A program made the position numbers and the translations under genes. DNA of 64,000 nt from the NCBI GenBank assembly GCA_938038785.1, contig CALHTB010000009.1, positions 51,513 to 115,512 of the forward strand, written 5' to 3'. A model generated the notes under the pieces. The model ran no database searches. It was not told the DNA's origin and worked only from the letters and a program-made list of their open reading frames with translations. The DNA comes from an uncultured Acidimicrobiales bacterium (lineage in GTDB: Bacteria; Actinomycetota; Acidimicrobiia; Acidimicrobiales; SHLQ01). Of the stretch, positions 35,450 through 44,290 are shown in pieces; position 1 is the first letter of the stretch, and each line of letters begins with the position of its first letter.

Positions 35450-36202
35450 TTACGCAGCTACGAGGTCGTCTTCCTTGTCACCAAGAAGGCCGCGGTAGAT
35501 CAATGCACCGAGGATGCCGCCGATGATTGGAGCCACCCAGAACAGCCACAGCTGCGGGATGTAGTCGCCACCGGTGAACACTGCTGTCGCCGTTGAACGA
35601 GCAGGGTTAACCGATGTGTTGGTTACCGGGATCGAGATGAGGTGAATGAGTACCAGCATGAGGCCGATCGCAAGGCCACCCATGCCTGCGGCTGCCTTCT
35701 TGGCGGTTGCGCCCATGATCACGATGAGGAACATTGCGGTCATCACAACTTCGGTGATGAACGCGGTTCCCACGGCTGACCCGTTCGGTGAAAGGTCGCC
35801 GTAACCGTTCGATGCGAATGCGCCTGCGGCGGTGTTATCGATGTCTGGCGACCCAGCCATGATGAACACGAGCAGTGCACCCACGATGCCGCCAGCAACC
35901 TGCGCTGCAATGTACAGCGGGGCCTTCGCTGCCGGAAAGCGTCCACCAACAGTGAGGCCCGCGGTAACCGCAGGGTTGAAGTGGCCGCCGGAGATGTGCC
36001 CAAGTGCGTAAGCGCCGGTCACGACCGTAAGACCGAAGGCCAAGCTGACGCCAACGAAGCCCAAGCCAAGGCTGGTTCCGCCATCAAGCACGCCGCCTGC
36101 GTCTGTCGAACCGAAGTTTGCGGCAAGTACCGCTGCACCACATCCGCCCAAAACGAGTCCAAGGGTGCCAATAAATTCGGCTCCCAGTTCTTTGATATTC
36201 AT
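35450..36202 (-). CDS. aqpZ: aquaporin Z (MIP family water channel)
   Basis: The start is [13 protein letters not shown], with SD GAGGGAGAA. Two NPA boxes ([22 protein letters not shown]). 250 aa. The track extension to 36316 is rejected. Confidence 0.92.
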   Translation of the reverse strand: MNIKELGAEFIGTLGLVLGGCGAAVLAANFGSTDAGGVLDGGTSLGLGFVGVSLAFGLTVVTGAYALGHISGGHFNPAVTAGLTVGGRFPAAKAPLYIAAQVAGGIVGALLVFIMAGSPDIDNTAAGAFASNGYGDLSPNGSAVGTAFITEVVMTAMFLIVIMGATAKKAAAGMGGLAIGLMLVLIHLISIPVTNTSVNPARSTATAVFTGGDYIPQLWLFWVAPIIGGILGALIYRGLLGDKEDDLVAA

Positions 36203-36371
36203 ATATGTTCTCCCTCTCGAAATCGCACGGATCGAATGTCGATCAAGAGGAGAAGCCAGAAAACGGTTCCCTCGACGTGCCCCGCGCCTATGCAGTTGTG
36301 ACGCCGCACACAGCACAAAGGTCGCGTCATAGTGGCAGTTGGATCAAATCCCGAAGACGATTTCTCTTTCC

Positions 36372-36423
36372 CAACTACACCGCCCAACCACACCGCCCAA
36401 CCACACTGCCCCCGGCCACACCG
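36372..36423. repeat. 13-bp tandem repeat x3 (plus a degenerate 4th) in the aqpZ/ALDH divergent intergenic region
   Basis: caacYacacYgcc at 36372-36384, 36385-36397 and 36398-36410, then cccggccacaccgcg. It ends 15 nt before the ALDH start. Confidence 0.8.
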
Positions 36424-36437
36424 CGTAGTGTGCAGGC

Positions 36438-37904
36438 ATGACATCGACTGCAATTCCAGAAGGCGCTCATCTCATTGGTGGCGAGTGGATCTCCACCGGG
36501 TCTTCGACCACCACGAGCATTAACCCGGCCCGCCCAGACGAACCCGTGGGCGATCATCCCGTCGGGGATGCATCAACGGCAGCTGATGCTGTTTCGGCGG
36601 CTGTCGATGCGCTTTCATCATGGCGCAACGCCGGATACAAGGTCCGAGCGGCGGTCCTCGAGAAGGCTGCGATCTTGTTCGAAGAGCGAGCCGACGAGCT
36701 CGCCATGATCGGCACCCTCGAAGAGGGCAAGATGTTGGGCGAGATGCGTGGAGAGGCAATGCTCTCGGCCGAGACCTGCCGCTATCAGGCGGGCATAATC
36801 AAGATGCCCACCGAGCGCATCTACCCCACGGGTAAGCCGGGCGAGACAATCCGCACACTGCGTGCTCCGCTAGGCGTTGTCGGCGTGGTGACGCCGTGGA
36901 ACTTCCCAATTCTCATTCCGGTGTGGAAGATCGCTCCGGCCCTGGCTGCTGGCAACACGGTCGTGTGGAAGACCGCCAGCAACACTCCCCTGGTTTCGGT
37001 AGCGATCGCCAAGGTGTTCGAAGACGCCGGAGTGCCGGCCGGTGCGCTCAATTTGATCCTCGGGCCGGGCTCGATGGGCGGCGCAATGATTGAAGACCTT
37101 CGCGTCGATGGCGTGACCTTCACCGGCTCGGTGCCGGTTGGCTTTGGTATTCGCGATGCCGTCACCGCACGCAATGGCCGCGTTCAGCTCGAACTCGGCG
37201 GCCACAACCCGGCCATCGTGTTCGATGATGCGAACCTCGACCTTGCGGTTCCGCAGATCGTTGCTGGCGCCATGGGTTCAACTGGACAAAAGTGCACCGC
37301 TACCCGACGCATCATTGCCGTGGGCGGGGTGTACGACGAGCTGGTCGAGCGACTTGGTCAGGGCGTTCAAGCGTTGAAGATCGGTGATGGGCTCGATCCT
37401 GACGCTGCGATTGGTCCGATCGTTGCTCCGCGGGCACGAGCCGAAGTAGCCGAGGGCCTCGAAAAGGCGATCTCCCAAGGCGCTGAGGTCGTCGCCACCG
37501 CCGACACGCCCGATACCAGCGAGTGCTTCTTCGCTCCGACGTTGCTTACCGGCACGACCGAGCTCGATATCTGGACCGAAGAGGTCTTTGGCCCAATCAG
37601 CACGGTGGTCAAGGTCGACAGTGACGATGAAGCCTTCGCATTGGCCAACAACACCGAGTTTGGGCTCTCCGCATCGGTGTTCACAACCGACATGTGGCGT
37701 GTGGACCGCGCAGTCAACACGCTCGAAGCGGGCATCATCAAGATCAACGCCCCAACCACAGGCTCTGAGCTGCACGTGCCGTTCGGCGGAGAGAAAGCGT
37801 CGTCAGGACACGCCCCTCGCGAGCAAGGCGACACCGCCCACGACTTTTTCACCCGGACCCGTTCGGTCTACATCAACCCAGGTAGCCCCAACCCGTACGC
37901 GTAA
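36438..37904 (+). CDS. NAD(P)-dependent aldehyde dehydrogenase
   Basis: 488 aa. Catalytic Glu LELGGHNP, catalytic Cys GQKCTATRR, cofactor-binding block PWNFP and FTGS. Confidence 0.9.
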   Translation: MTSTAIPEGAHLIGGEWISTGSSTTTSINPARPDEPVGDHPVGDASTAADAVSAAVDALSSWRNAGYKVRAAVLEKAAILFEERADELAMIGTLEEGKMLGEMRGEAMLSAETCRYQAGIIKMPTERIYPTGKPGETIRTLRAPLGVVGVVTPWNFPILIPVWKIAPALAAGNTVVWKTASNTPLVSVAIAKVFEDAGVPAGALNLILGPGSMGGAMIEDLRVDGVTFTGSVPVGFGIRDAVTARNGRVQLELGGHNPAIVFDDANLDLAVPQIVAGAMGSTGQKCTATRRIIAVGGVYDELVERLGQGVQALKIGDGLDPDAAIGPIVAPRARAEVAEGLEKAISQGAEVVATADTPDTSECFFAPTLLTGTTELDIWTEEVFGPISTVVKVDSDDEAFALANNTEFGLSASVFTTDMWRVDRAVNTLEAGIIKINAPTTGSELHVPFGGEKASSGHAPREQGDTAHDFFTRTRSVYINPGSPNPYA

Positions 37905-37929
37905 CCCGTACGCCCTTTAGGAGCGTGAG

Positions 37930-39096
37930 TTAGCGCCGTAGAAGTCGCGCCGACAATACCCAGACGAGCAGTGCCCCGGGGATGGTCGTCACGGCGATTG
38001 CTGCGCCAACGGTCATTGCATCGGTATCTGCCATGAAACCGACCGCCAACGGGGCAATGAGCAACATGACTCGCGTGCCGGCCGTCAGTCCGCCTAGTGC
38101 ACTTGCTGGTTGTGGGTGCTGGGCGGCTGCGTCGTAGAGTTGCGGGAACATCACTGACACACCGAGGCCAGCGATGAACAGGCCGACGAAGACCGCCGCT
38201 GTTGCGGGAATGACGGTGGCGATCAACGTGCCGATTGCAGCGAGCATGGTGGCTCGCCGCAGGACCGTCGATGAGCCGATCCGTTCGACGATGGCGTCGC
38301 CGGAGAACCTGCCGGTGACCATTCCCGAGGTGAACGCGACGTAGGCCACCGCGGCCAGGCCAGCGGATGCGCCAAGGTCGTCGGTAAGTCGGAAGGCGGC
38401 CCAGTCGCTGTTGATCATCTCGGGCAGAATCGCAGCTCCACCCAATGCAGCGAACGCAACGACGGCCGTCCGTCCGGCGCTACGAGTGTTGGCTGCCGGC
38501 GTGTCAGCGACGTCATCTTCGGGAGGCGAATCGGTAGTGAGCAGACCAGGCCCGACGTACAGCAGCGTTGCCGCTAGAACGAGCGCCGCACCGACCAGAT
38601 GAGCACGGAGATCGACGCCAAGCGACGCCATTATCGATGCAACCACGGCACCCACGACCGTTCCGAGGCTCCACATGCCGTGCAAGCGGTTCATGACTGG
38701 GCTGTTTCGACGAGCACTCAGTACCGAGCCTTGGACATTCATCGAGACGTCCACGATGACGTCGCCGATCGAGAGCGCGCCCAGGACCAAAAGCAGCACC
38801 CACCATGTTGGGCTGAATGCAACCAGCGGAAGCAAGACGACAAGGCACATAGCGCCGTAGATCATGGCGTTGCGAGTTCCGTAGCGTTCGACGATCGGGC
38901 CTTGCACGATGCTGCCGACCACACCGAAGCCGGTCGCGATGGCAATGATCAATCCGATGGTTCCGAGTGTGACATCCAAACGGTCGCGAATGCCGGGCAG
39001 CCGAGGCACGTACGAGGCAACGACGGCACCGTTGACAAAGAACTGGACAGCGATGGCCTTGAGGGCGCGATGTTCGGTGGGGTTCAGGCCATTCAT
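37930..39096 (-). CDS. MFS transporter
   Basis: 388 aa, 12 TM-like hydrophobic profile. Confidence 0.82.
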   Translation of the reverse strand: MNGLNPTEHRALKAIAVQFFVNGAVVASYVPRLPGIRDRLDVTLGTIGLIIAIATGFGVVGSIVQGPIVERYGTRNAMIYGAMCLVVLLPLVAFSPTWWVLLLVLGALSIGDVIVDVSMNVQGSVLSARRNSPVMNRLHGMWSLGTVVGAVVASIMASLGVDLRAHLVGAALVLAATLLYVGPGLLTTDSPPEDDVADTPAANTRSAGRTAVVAFAALGGAAILPEMINSDWAAFRLTDDLGASAGLAAVAYVAFTSGMVTGRFSGDAIVERIGSSTVLRRATMLAAIGTLIATVIPATAAVFVGLFIAGLGVSVMFPQLYDAAAQHPQPASALGGLTAGTRVMLLIAPLAVGFMADTDAMTVGAAIAVTTIPGALLVWVLSARLLRR

Positions 39097-39167
39097 TACG
39101 TTCTTAGTGCCCCGAGATTCACTGGCTCAGACTAGGTTCTCGGGTAGCCGTCACCTCAGGAGCCTCA

Positions 39168-39935
39168 ATGAAAATCGTTGCCCACTTGCATCCCCAGCAC
39201 GCCAGCTATAACCAGATCCGCGAAGCCGCAATTCAGGCCGAGGAGATGGGCTTCGACGGCATCTACAACTGGGACCACTTCTATCCGTTGTATGGCGAGC
39301 CTGACGGTGAGCACTTCGAGGCGTGGACAATGCTCGCATCATGGGCTGAAGTCACGAGCAAGGTCGAGATTGGCTGCCTCGTCACGTGCAACTCCTACCG
39401 CAACCCTGAACTGCTCGCTGATATGGCTCGAACGGTTGACCACATCTCCGATGGACGGCTTGTGCTGGGCATTGGTTCGGGCTGGTTTGAGCGCGACTAC
39501 GACGAGTTTGGCTACGAGTTTGGTACTGCCGGGTCACGACTGAACGACTTGCGGGACGCGCTGCCGCGAATCGAAACCCGGATGAGCAAGCTGAACCCGC
39601 CACCCAAGCGCAAGATCCCGCTTCTTATCGGCGGTGGTGGCGAGAAGAAGACGCTCCAGTACACGGCCCGCCACGCCGACGTGTGGCACTTCTGGTGGGG
39701 CGACGAGTGGGAGCGCAAGAACGGCATCCTCGAGCAGTGGTGTGCCAAGGTCGACCGTGACCCCGGCGACATCAGCCGCTCGGTAGGTGTCGACACCGAC
39801 AAGGTCGAGGACTGGGACGCGCTGTTCACTGACCTGGCGGCCGCAAACGTGCACGAGATCACCCTCGGAACTGGTGGCCCCGACTACAAGATGGACCAGA
39901 TGCAGCGTTTCCTCGACTGGCGCGACAGCCTGTAG
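39168..39935 (+). CDS. LLM-class (luciferase-like) F420-dependent oxidoreductase
   Basis: 255 aa. DHF.P...E....EAWT.L...A..T..I.IG.LV....YR.P..LA....T.D..S.GR..LG.G.GW pattern, typical of the short F420-dependent LLM clade. Confidence 0.82.
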   Translation: MKIVAHLHPQHASYNQIREAAIQAEEMGFDGIYNWDHFYPLYGEPDGEHFEAWTMLASWAEVTSKVEIGCLVTCNSYRNPELLADMARTVDHISDGRLVLGIGSGWFERDYDEFGYEFGTAGSRLNDLRDALPRIETRMSKLNPPPKRKIPLLIGGGGEKKTLQYTARHADVWHFWWGDEWERKNGILEQWCAKVDRDPGDISRSVGVDTDKVEDWDALFTDLAAANVHEITLGTGGPDYKMDQMQRFLDWRDSL

Positions 39936-39974
39936 ACAAGCGGCTACCTGACAGCTGGGGTCAGACCCCTGATG

Positions 39975-40727
39975 TCAGGAAAGGATGCCCGGGAGCGGTG
40001 GACGAACGGTGCGTCCGCCGTCGATGGTGACGACTTGGCCGGTCACAAACCGGCTTTCATCGCCGGCGAGCCACACGACGACATCGGCAACATCTGATGG
40101 GGCTCCGACTCGGCCAATTGGGTGCAGCTTCGCGAGCTCGTCGATGACCATCTCGCGGTCGGGGTGGCTGTCGACGTAGGACGCGTTGAGCGGAGTGTCT
40201 ATCCAGCCTGGTGCCACTGCGTTGCATCGGATATTCATCGGCCCGAGGTCGATCGCAGTAGCGCGGGTTAGCCCGTGGACGCCCGACTTTGTGGCGGCGT
40301 ACGCCGAGTGATGTGGGTTGCAGCGGTCGCCCTCGATCGAGCCGACGTTCACAATCGAGCCGCCGGTTTCGTTCGCTGCGAGATGCGCTGACGCATGTTT
40401 GGTGACAAGCATCGGGCCGGTGAGGTTGATGGCCAGCATGCGGTCCCACGTCGACCGGTCATGGTCGGCAACCGACTCTTCGAACATGATGCCTGCGTTG
40501 TTCACGATGATGTCGAGGCGACCGTGCTTCGCCACGATCTCGGCGATGGCAGCCCCGACCGACTCCTCATTCGACACATCGAGGGTCAACGATTCATGGG
40601 TCGGCGACGGATAGAGGTCACCCACGACAACAGTGGCGCCAGCTGCGGCGAGGCCATCTGCGATCGCAGCCCCGATACCTTGCGCTCCTCCGGTAACGAG
40701 GGCAACTCGGTTGGCTAGCTTGCTCAT
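39975..40727 (-). CDS. SDR-family oxidoreductase
   Basis: 250 aa. TGGAQGIG cofactor motif, NNAG, catalytic S...YAATK. 4-nt overlap with the upstream SDR gene. Confidence 0.9.
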   Translation of the reverse strand: MSKLANRVALVTGGAQGIGAAIADGLAAAGATVVVGDLYPSPTHESLTLDVSNEESVGAAIAEIVAKHGRLDIIVNNAGIMFEESVADHDRSTWDRMLAINLTGPMLVTKHASAHLAANETGGSIVNVGSIEGDRCNPHHSAYAATKSGVHGLTRATAIDLGPMNIRCNAVAPGWIDTPLNASYVDSHPDREMVIDELAKLHPIGRVGAPSDVADVVVWLAGDESRFVTGQVVTIDGGRTVRPPLPGILS

Positions 40728-41605
40728 CCTGCGACGTATCCTCCGTCGATTGGTAGGGCGACGCCCGTGATGTGGCTCGATGCGTCGCTTGCAAGAAACA
40801 GCATCGACTTTGCGATCTCGTCTGGTGAGGGAATCCGACCCTCAGGGATGCCTGCGATGTTCGCCGCGAAGACATCCTCGGGAGTGCGCCCGGTCTTGTC
40901 ATGTCCGCTCACAAGCATTGGGGTATCCACGGCCCCAGGGCACAGGGCGTTAATGCGGATGCCCTCGGAAGCGTGGTCGAGGGCCATCGACTTGGTGAGC
41001 TGCACCACGGCACCTTTTGAGGCGCAGTACGCGGGCAAGCCAGCGCTCCCAACGAGGCCGACGTTCGAGGCAAGATTGACGATGGTGCCCTTATTCGCAG
41101 CAACTTCCGTGCTGATCCCCACTTCGCGATCGAGTGGCTCAACGTTTCTATTCCCAGCAACTTCCGTGCTGATCCCCACTTCACTATCGGTCGGCCTTGC
41201 TTGCAGCCGCATTTGTCGAACCGCAGCCCTCGACATGAAGAACACGCTGTCGACGTTCACGCGCATGTTCTGATACCACTCGTCGTCGGTGGTCTCGGTG
41301 GCGTCGCCGCGTGTAATGGTGCCCGCAACGTTCGCGAGAATGTCGACGCGCCCAAATTCGGCCGCTGCGTACGCAACGAGCTCGGCGCAGAAGGCAGAGT
41401 CAGTGACGTCGCCAAGTTTGATTCGGGTGTCCCCTCCAACTGAAGCAATAGCTGCTGCGGTTGCTTCGGCACCGGCGCTCGAACGTCCCGACAGGACAAC
41501 CTGCGCCCCGGCGTCTGCGAACGCCTTTGCAGTCGCCGCGCCGATTCCCGAAGTTGCCCCCGTGACGATCGCAACCTTGCCACCAAGGCCACTCATGTGA
41601 ACCAC
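40724..41605 (-). CDS. SDR-family oxidoreductase carrying a ~40-aa repeat-containing insertion
   Basis: 293 aa. TGATSGIG, catalytic S...YCASK. Between the helix ending MRLQ and the strand TIVNLAS lies the insertion ARPTDSEVGISTEVAGNRNVEPLDREVGISTEVAANKG. Confidence 0.85.
   Translation of the reverse strand: MVHMSGLGGKVAIVTGATSGIGAATAKAFADAGAQVVLSGRSSAGAEATAAAIASVGGDTRIKLGDVTDSAFCAELVAYAAAEFGRVDILANVAGTITRGDATETTDDEWYQNMRVNVDSVFFMSRAAVRQMRLQARPTDSEVGISTEVAGNRNVEPLDREVGISTEVAANKGTIVNLASNVGLVGSAGLPAYCASKGAVVQLTKSMALDHASEGIRINALCPGAVDTPMLVSGHDKTGRTPEDVFAANIAGIPEGRIPSPDEIAKSMLFLASDASSHITGVALPIDGGYVAG
41099..41182. repeat. in-frame direct repeat, 57-bp period (27-nt identical core x2), inside the SDR gene
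   Basis: agcaacttccgtgctgatccccacttc occurs at 41099-41125 and 41156-41182. It encodes EVGISTEVA twice. Confidence 0.9.
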
Positions 41606-41613
41606 CCAAGAAA

Positions 41614-41658
41614 TCTAGAGGCTGTAGCCCACGTCAGGCGTGGGCTACAGCCTCTAGA
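41614..41658. other. 45-nt perfect hairpin (20-bp stem, 5-nt loop) between mttB-like and SDR genes
   Basis: tctagaggctgtagcccacg-tcagg-cgtgggctacagcctctaga. It lies 44 nt after the mttB-like stop (41702) and 9 nt before the SDR start (41605). On the minus strand it is followed by TTTCTTGGG. Confidence 0.85.
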
Positions 41659-41701
41659 ACTCGAAATGCTGATGGAAATCACTGAAGTCCCTCCGAATTG
41701 T

Positions 41702-43231
41702 TCATCGCAATCCCTCCGGGATTGTTGCTCGCTTGCGGTCGCGAAACTCGCCGAGTTCTTCGAGCTTGGCCGAATCCATGGCGGGCTCTTCGTAGCTGGC
41801 GAGGGTCTTCTTGGCCATGGCGATGCCACGCGTGTTCGCGTCTACTCGCCCGGCGGCATTCCAATTCTCGTAGGCATCGCCATCCATGAGCTCGGGCATG
41901 AAGAACGCCGTCTCGAAATTCGCCAGCGTGTGCTGGGTGCCGAGGTAGTGATCGCCAGGATCGATCTCGCGGACGGCGTCCATTGCGGGGTCGAGCTCGT
42001 CCATGTTCACGCCTGAGCCGAGGCGGTACATCATGCGCATCTGTTCCCCGTCGAGCATCGCCTTGGAGTAGCTCTGGCACAAGGCCGATTCGAGGTAACC
42101 CGTCGTCGAGAGCACAAAGTTCGCTCCGGCCATGAGCACTCCATACATGTTGCGGGCAGCTTCGTATCCAGCCTGGGCATCGACCAGCTTCGAGCTGGAA
42201 CACCCGCCGCTGCAGCGCCACGGCAACTTGTAGAAGCGGGCCAGCTGGCCGACGAGCATGTTGATGTGGTCGATCTCGGGTGTCCCTGCCAGGGGCGCCC
42301 CTGAGTTCATTGCGACGGTGGCTGTCCATTGCCCGTAGACCGACGGAGAACCCGGACGGACCAGCTGCATGAACGCAACACCAGCTAGGGCCTCGGCGCT
42401 GAGCTGGGCAACCGCCCCAACGGTGCTAGCAGGAGTGCTTGCTCCACCGAGAACAAACGGGCTGAAGAGCATGGCCTGGTTCGACGATGCGTATACCTTG
42501 ACCGCATCGAGCATCGTTTGATCCCACACGAGGGGGCTGTTGCAGTTGGCGAGCGACGTGCTGACCGTCGTGTCCTTGATGTAGTCGTGACCAAAGACGA
42601 TGCCCATCATGTGCAGCGAGTCCTCAGCGCGTTCGCGTGAAGTCACCGAACCCATGAGTGGCTTATCGCTGTAGCGAAGCAGGCTGTAGGTCATCTCGAG
42701 GTGGCGGTGCGGAACGGGGACGTCCATTGGCTCGCACAACACGCCACCCGCCATGTGCATTGAGGGTTCGAGGTGGGCGATCTTCGCGAAATTGTTGAAG
42801 TCGTCGAGCGTCGCATGACGTCGCTTGTTGTCCATGTCGAGGACAAACGGCGCCCCGTACGCAGGGGTGAACACGGTCTTTTGGCCACCGAGTGACACAG
42901 CCCGACCGGGCGTTCGGGACTCCATGGTGTACTCGGCGGGCGCAGTCGAGATCAGCTCCATCAGCATCTCGCGACCGATGCGAACTCGATAGCCCTCGAC
43001 CGATGCACCAGCCTCTCGCCAGATTTTGATCGACTCGTCGTCTCGAAACTCGATTCCGACTTCTTCAAGCAAGGTCATCGACGCATCGTGGATGCGCAGT
43101 AGCTGTTCGTGAGGGACAAGATCAAGGTAAGGCATGCCACGAGTGAGCTCGGGCAACCACGGCGTCTCGTCGGCTTCGCGAGCTGCTCGGCGTGCGCTTC
43201 GCCCCCGTCGTTTCGGTGCGGTGTCGGTCAT
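41702..43231 (-). CDS. MttB-superfamily (COG5598) methyltransferase, non-pyrrolysine type; quaternary-amine (betaine-type) methyltransferase candidate
   Basis: 509 aa uninterrupted ORF with no in-frame TAG. The length and conserved TIM-barrel blocks resemble trimethylamine methyltransferase homologs (IH.AS..LLEE.G..F, CNSPL.WD..ML, GAP.aG.PE, YE.WN..G). The start overlaps the LysR stop (ATGA). Confidence 0.85.
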   Translation of the reverse strand: MTDTAPKRRGRSARRAAREADETPWLPELTRGMPYLDLVPHEQLLRIHDASMTLLEEVGIEFRDDESIKIWREAGASVEGYRVRIGREMLMELISTAPAEYTMESRTPGRAVSLGGQKTVFTPAYGAPFVLDMDNKRRHATLDDFNNFAKIAHLEPSMHMAGGVLCEPMDVPVPHRHLEMTYSLLRYSDKPLMGSVTSRERAEDSLHMMGIVFGHDYIKDTTVSTSLANCNSPLVWDQTMLDAVKVYASSNQAMLFSPFVLGGASTPASTVGAVAQLSAEALAGVAFMQLVRPGSPSVYGQWTATVAMNSGAPLAGTPEIDHINMLVGQLARFYKLPWRCSGGCSSSKLVDAQAGYEAARNMYGVLMAGANFVLSTTGYLESALCQSYSKAMLDGEQMRMMYRLGSGVNMDELDPAMDAVREIDPGDHYLGTQHTLANFETAFFMPELMDGDAYENWNAAGRVDANTRGIAMAKKTLASYEEPAMDSAKLEELGEFRDRKRATIPEGLR

Positions 43232-44085
43232 GATCGATCTCCTAGCGAGCTGGTGAGTGCCTCTCGGAGCGCTGCGAGTGCGTCAGGGTCGCCACCGGCG
43301 CCGGTGCGGACGACTTCGGTGAGTTTGGGAAGAGCGATCTTCTTGCCGCGGGTCCAGGGCACCATGGCGTTGGTGATGTTTCGAGTGTTCAACGCGCACA
43401 CGCCAAGGCCGGACTCAACCGCAGCTTGGACACCGGAGAGCATCGGGCACTCGAGTACGGTTCGCCACCGCAGTCCACTGTTCTTGAGCGCTTCTTCCGC
43501 GCTGTCGAGATAGACGAGACCTGGTCCGAACGACACGACAGGAATCACCTCATCGGCGCCAAAGTCGGCCTCGGCACCTTGGACCCACGTGAGAGGTTCG
43601 GTCCACAACGCAACGTCATCGGGGCGAACGTCGCTGGCCTCGACCTGTACGACGGCGAGGTCCACTTCACCGTCATCGAGCCACTCGCGTACAACACCTG
43701 AAAGCTGGACCCGAACGTCAAGGCGAATTTGGGGGTACATGCGGCCGAACCGAGCGAGCACATCTGCAAGCTCGCCACCGCGAAGGTCTTCGTTGGTACC
43801 GAGGCGAATAACGCCAGCGAGGTCGGAACGGCTGAGGTGTTCAACCGCCTCGTCATGAGCGTCGAGCATCCGCTCGCCGTACAGCAGCAGGTCGCGGCCG
43901 TCGGGTGTGGCCTCGATCTCACTGCCACCACGCTTGACCAGTTCAAGCCCAACACGTTCTTCGAGACGCTTGATCTTCCAACTGACCGCACTCTGAGTCA
44001 TCCCCAACTGCGCAGCAGCCTCGGTAAAGGTCCCGGCTTCGACAACGCTCCGCAATGCCCGGAGTGATTCCACATCTAGCTTCAC
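43228..44085 (-). CDS. LysR-family transcriptional regulator
   Basis: HTH LRALRSVVEAGTFTEAAAQLGMTQSAVSWKIKRLEE. The preferred start is GTG at 44085, with an AGGAG SD about 9 nt upstream. The track start at 44175 would add 30 atypical residues. Confidence 0.85.
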   Translation of the reverse strand: MKLDVESLRALRSVVEAGTFTEAAAQLGMTQSAVSWKIKRLEERVGLELVKRGGSEIEATPDGRDLLLYGERMLDAHDEAVEHLSRSDLAGVIRLGTNEDLRGGELADVLARFGRMYPQIRLDVRVQLSGVVREWLDDGEVDLAVVQVEASDVRPDDVALWTEPLTWVQGAEADFGADEVIPVVSFGPGLVYLDSAEEALKNSGLRWRTVLECPMLSGVQAAVESGLGVCALNTRNITNAMVPWTRGKKIALPKLTEVVRTGAGGDPDALAALREALTSSLGDRS

Positions 44086-44290
44086 TGTTTCCCGCTCCTG
44101 CGTCGCTCCCGACAATCGCTCATTCGCTTCGCTCGGTGCGCTCTGCGGAATGCCGGAGGCCGCGAGCCGCTCCATCGTCCCTCAGTCGCTCCGGTGCTGG
44201 CGTCCGGCCGTGCGTATACAGAATGCAGGGGGAACCGAGTCTGCTCCATCGTGCAACCATGACATAACTTGACATTCGTTGCCACCCGGC

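Noticed and set aside
678-41182. Possible relationship between the intergenic 57-bp-period repeat (678-776) and the in-frame 57-bp-period repeat in the SDR gene (41099-41182). Both can be read as ...VG(LL)GIS.T/EV... peptides.
   Set aside because: At nucleotide level only an 8-mer (tggggatc) is shared, with flanks essentially unmatched. The equal period and an 8-mer are within chance for 64 kb. A genome-wide search could revisit this, so it is kept only as a note.
41702-43231. Pyrrolysine (in-frame TAG) in the MttB homolog, and a cobalamin riboswitch nearby
   Set aside because: The ORF is uninterrupted with no internal TAG, so it is the non-Pyl type. I saw no B12-box-like element in the short flanking non-coding regions (the gene is translationally coupled to the LysR gene).
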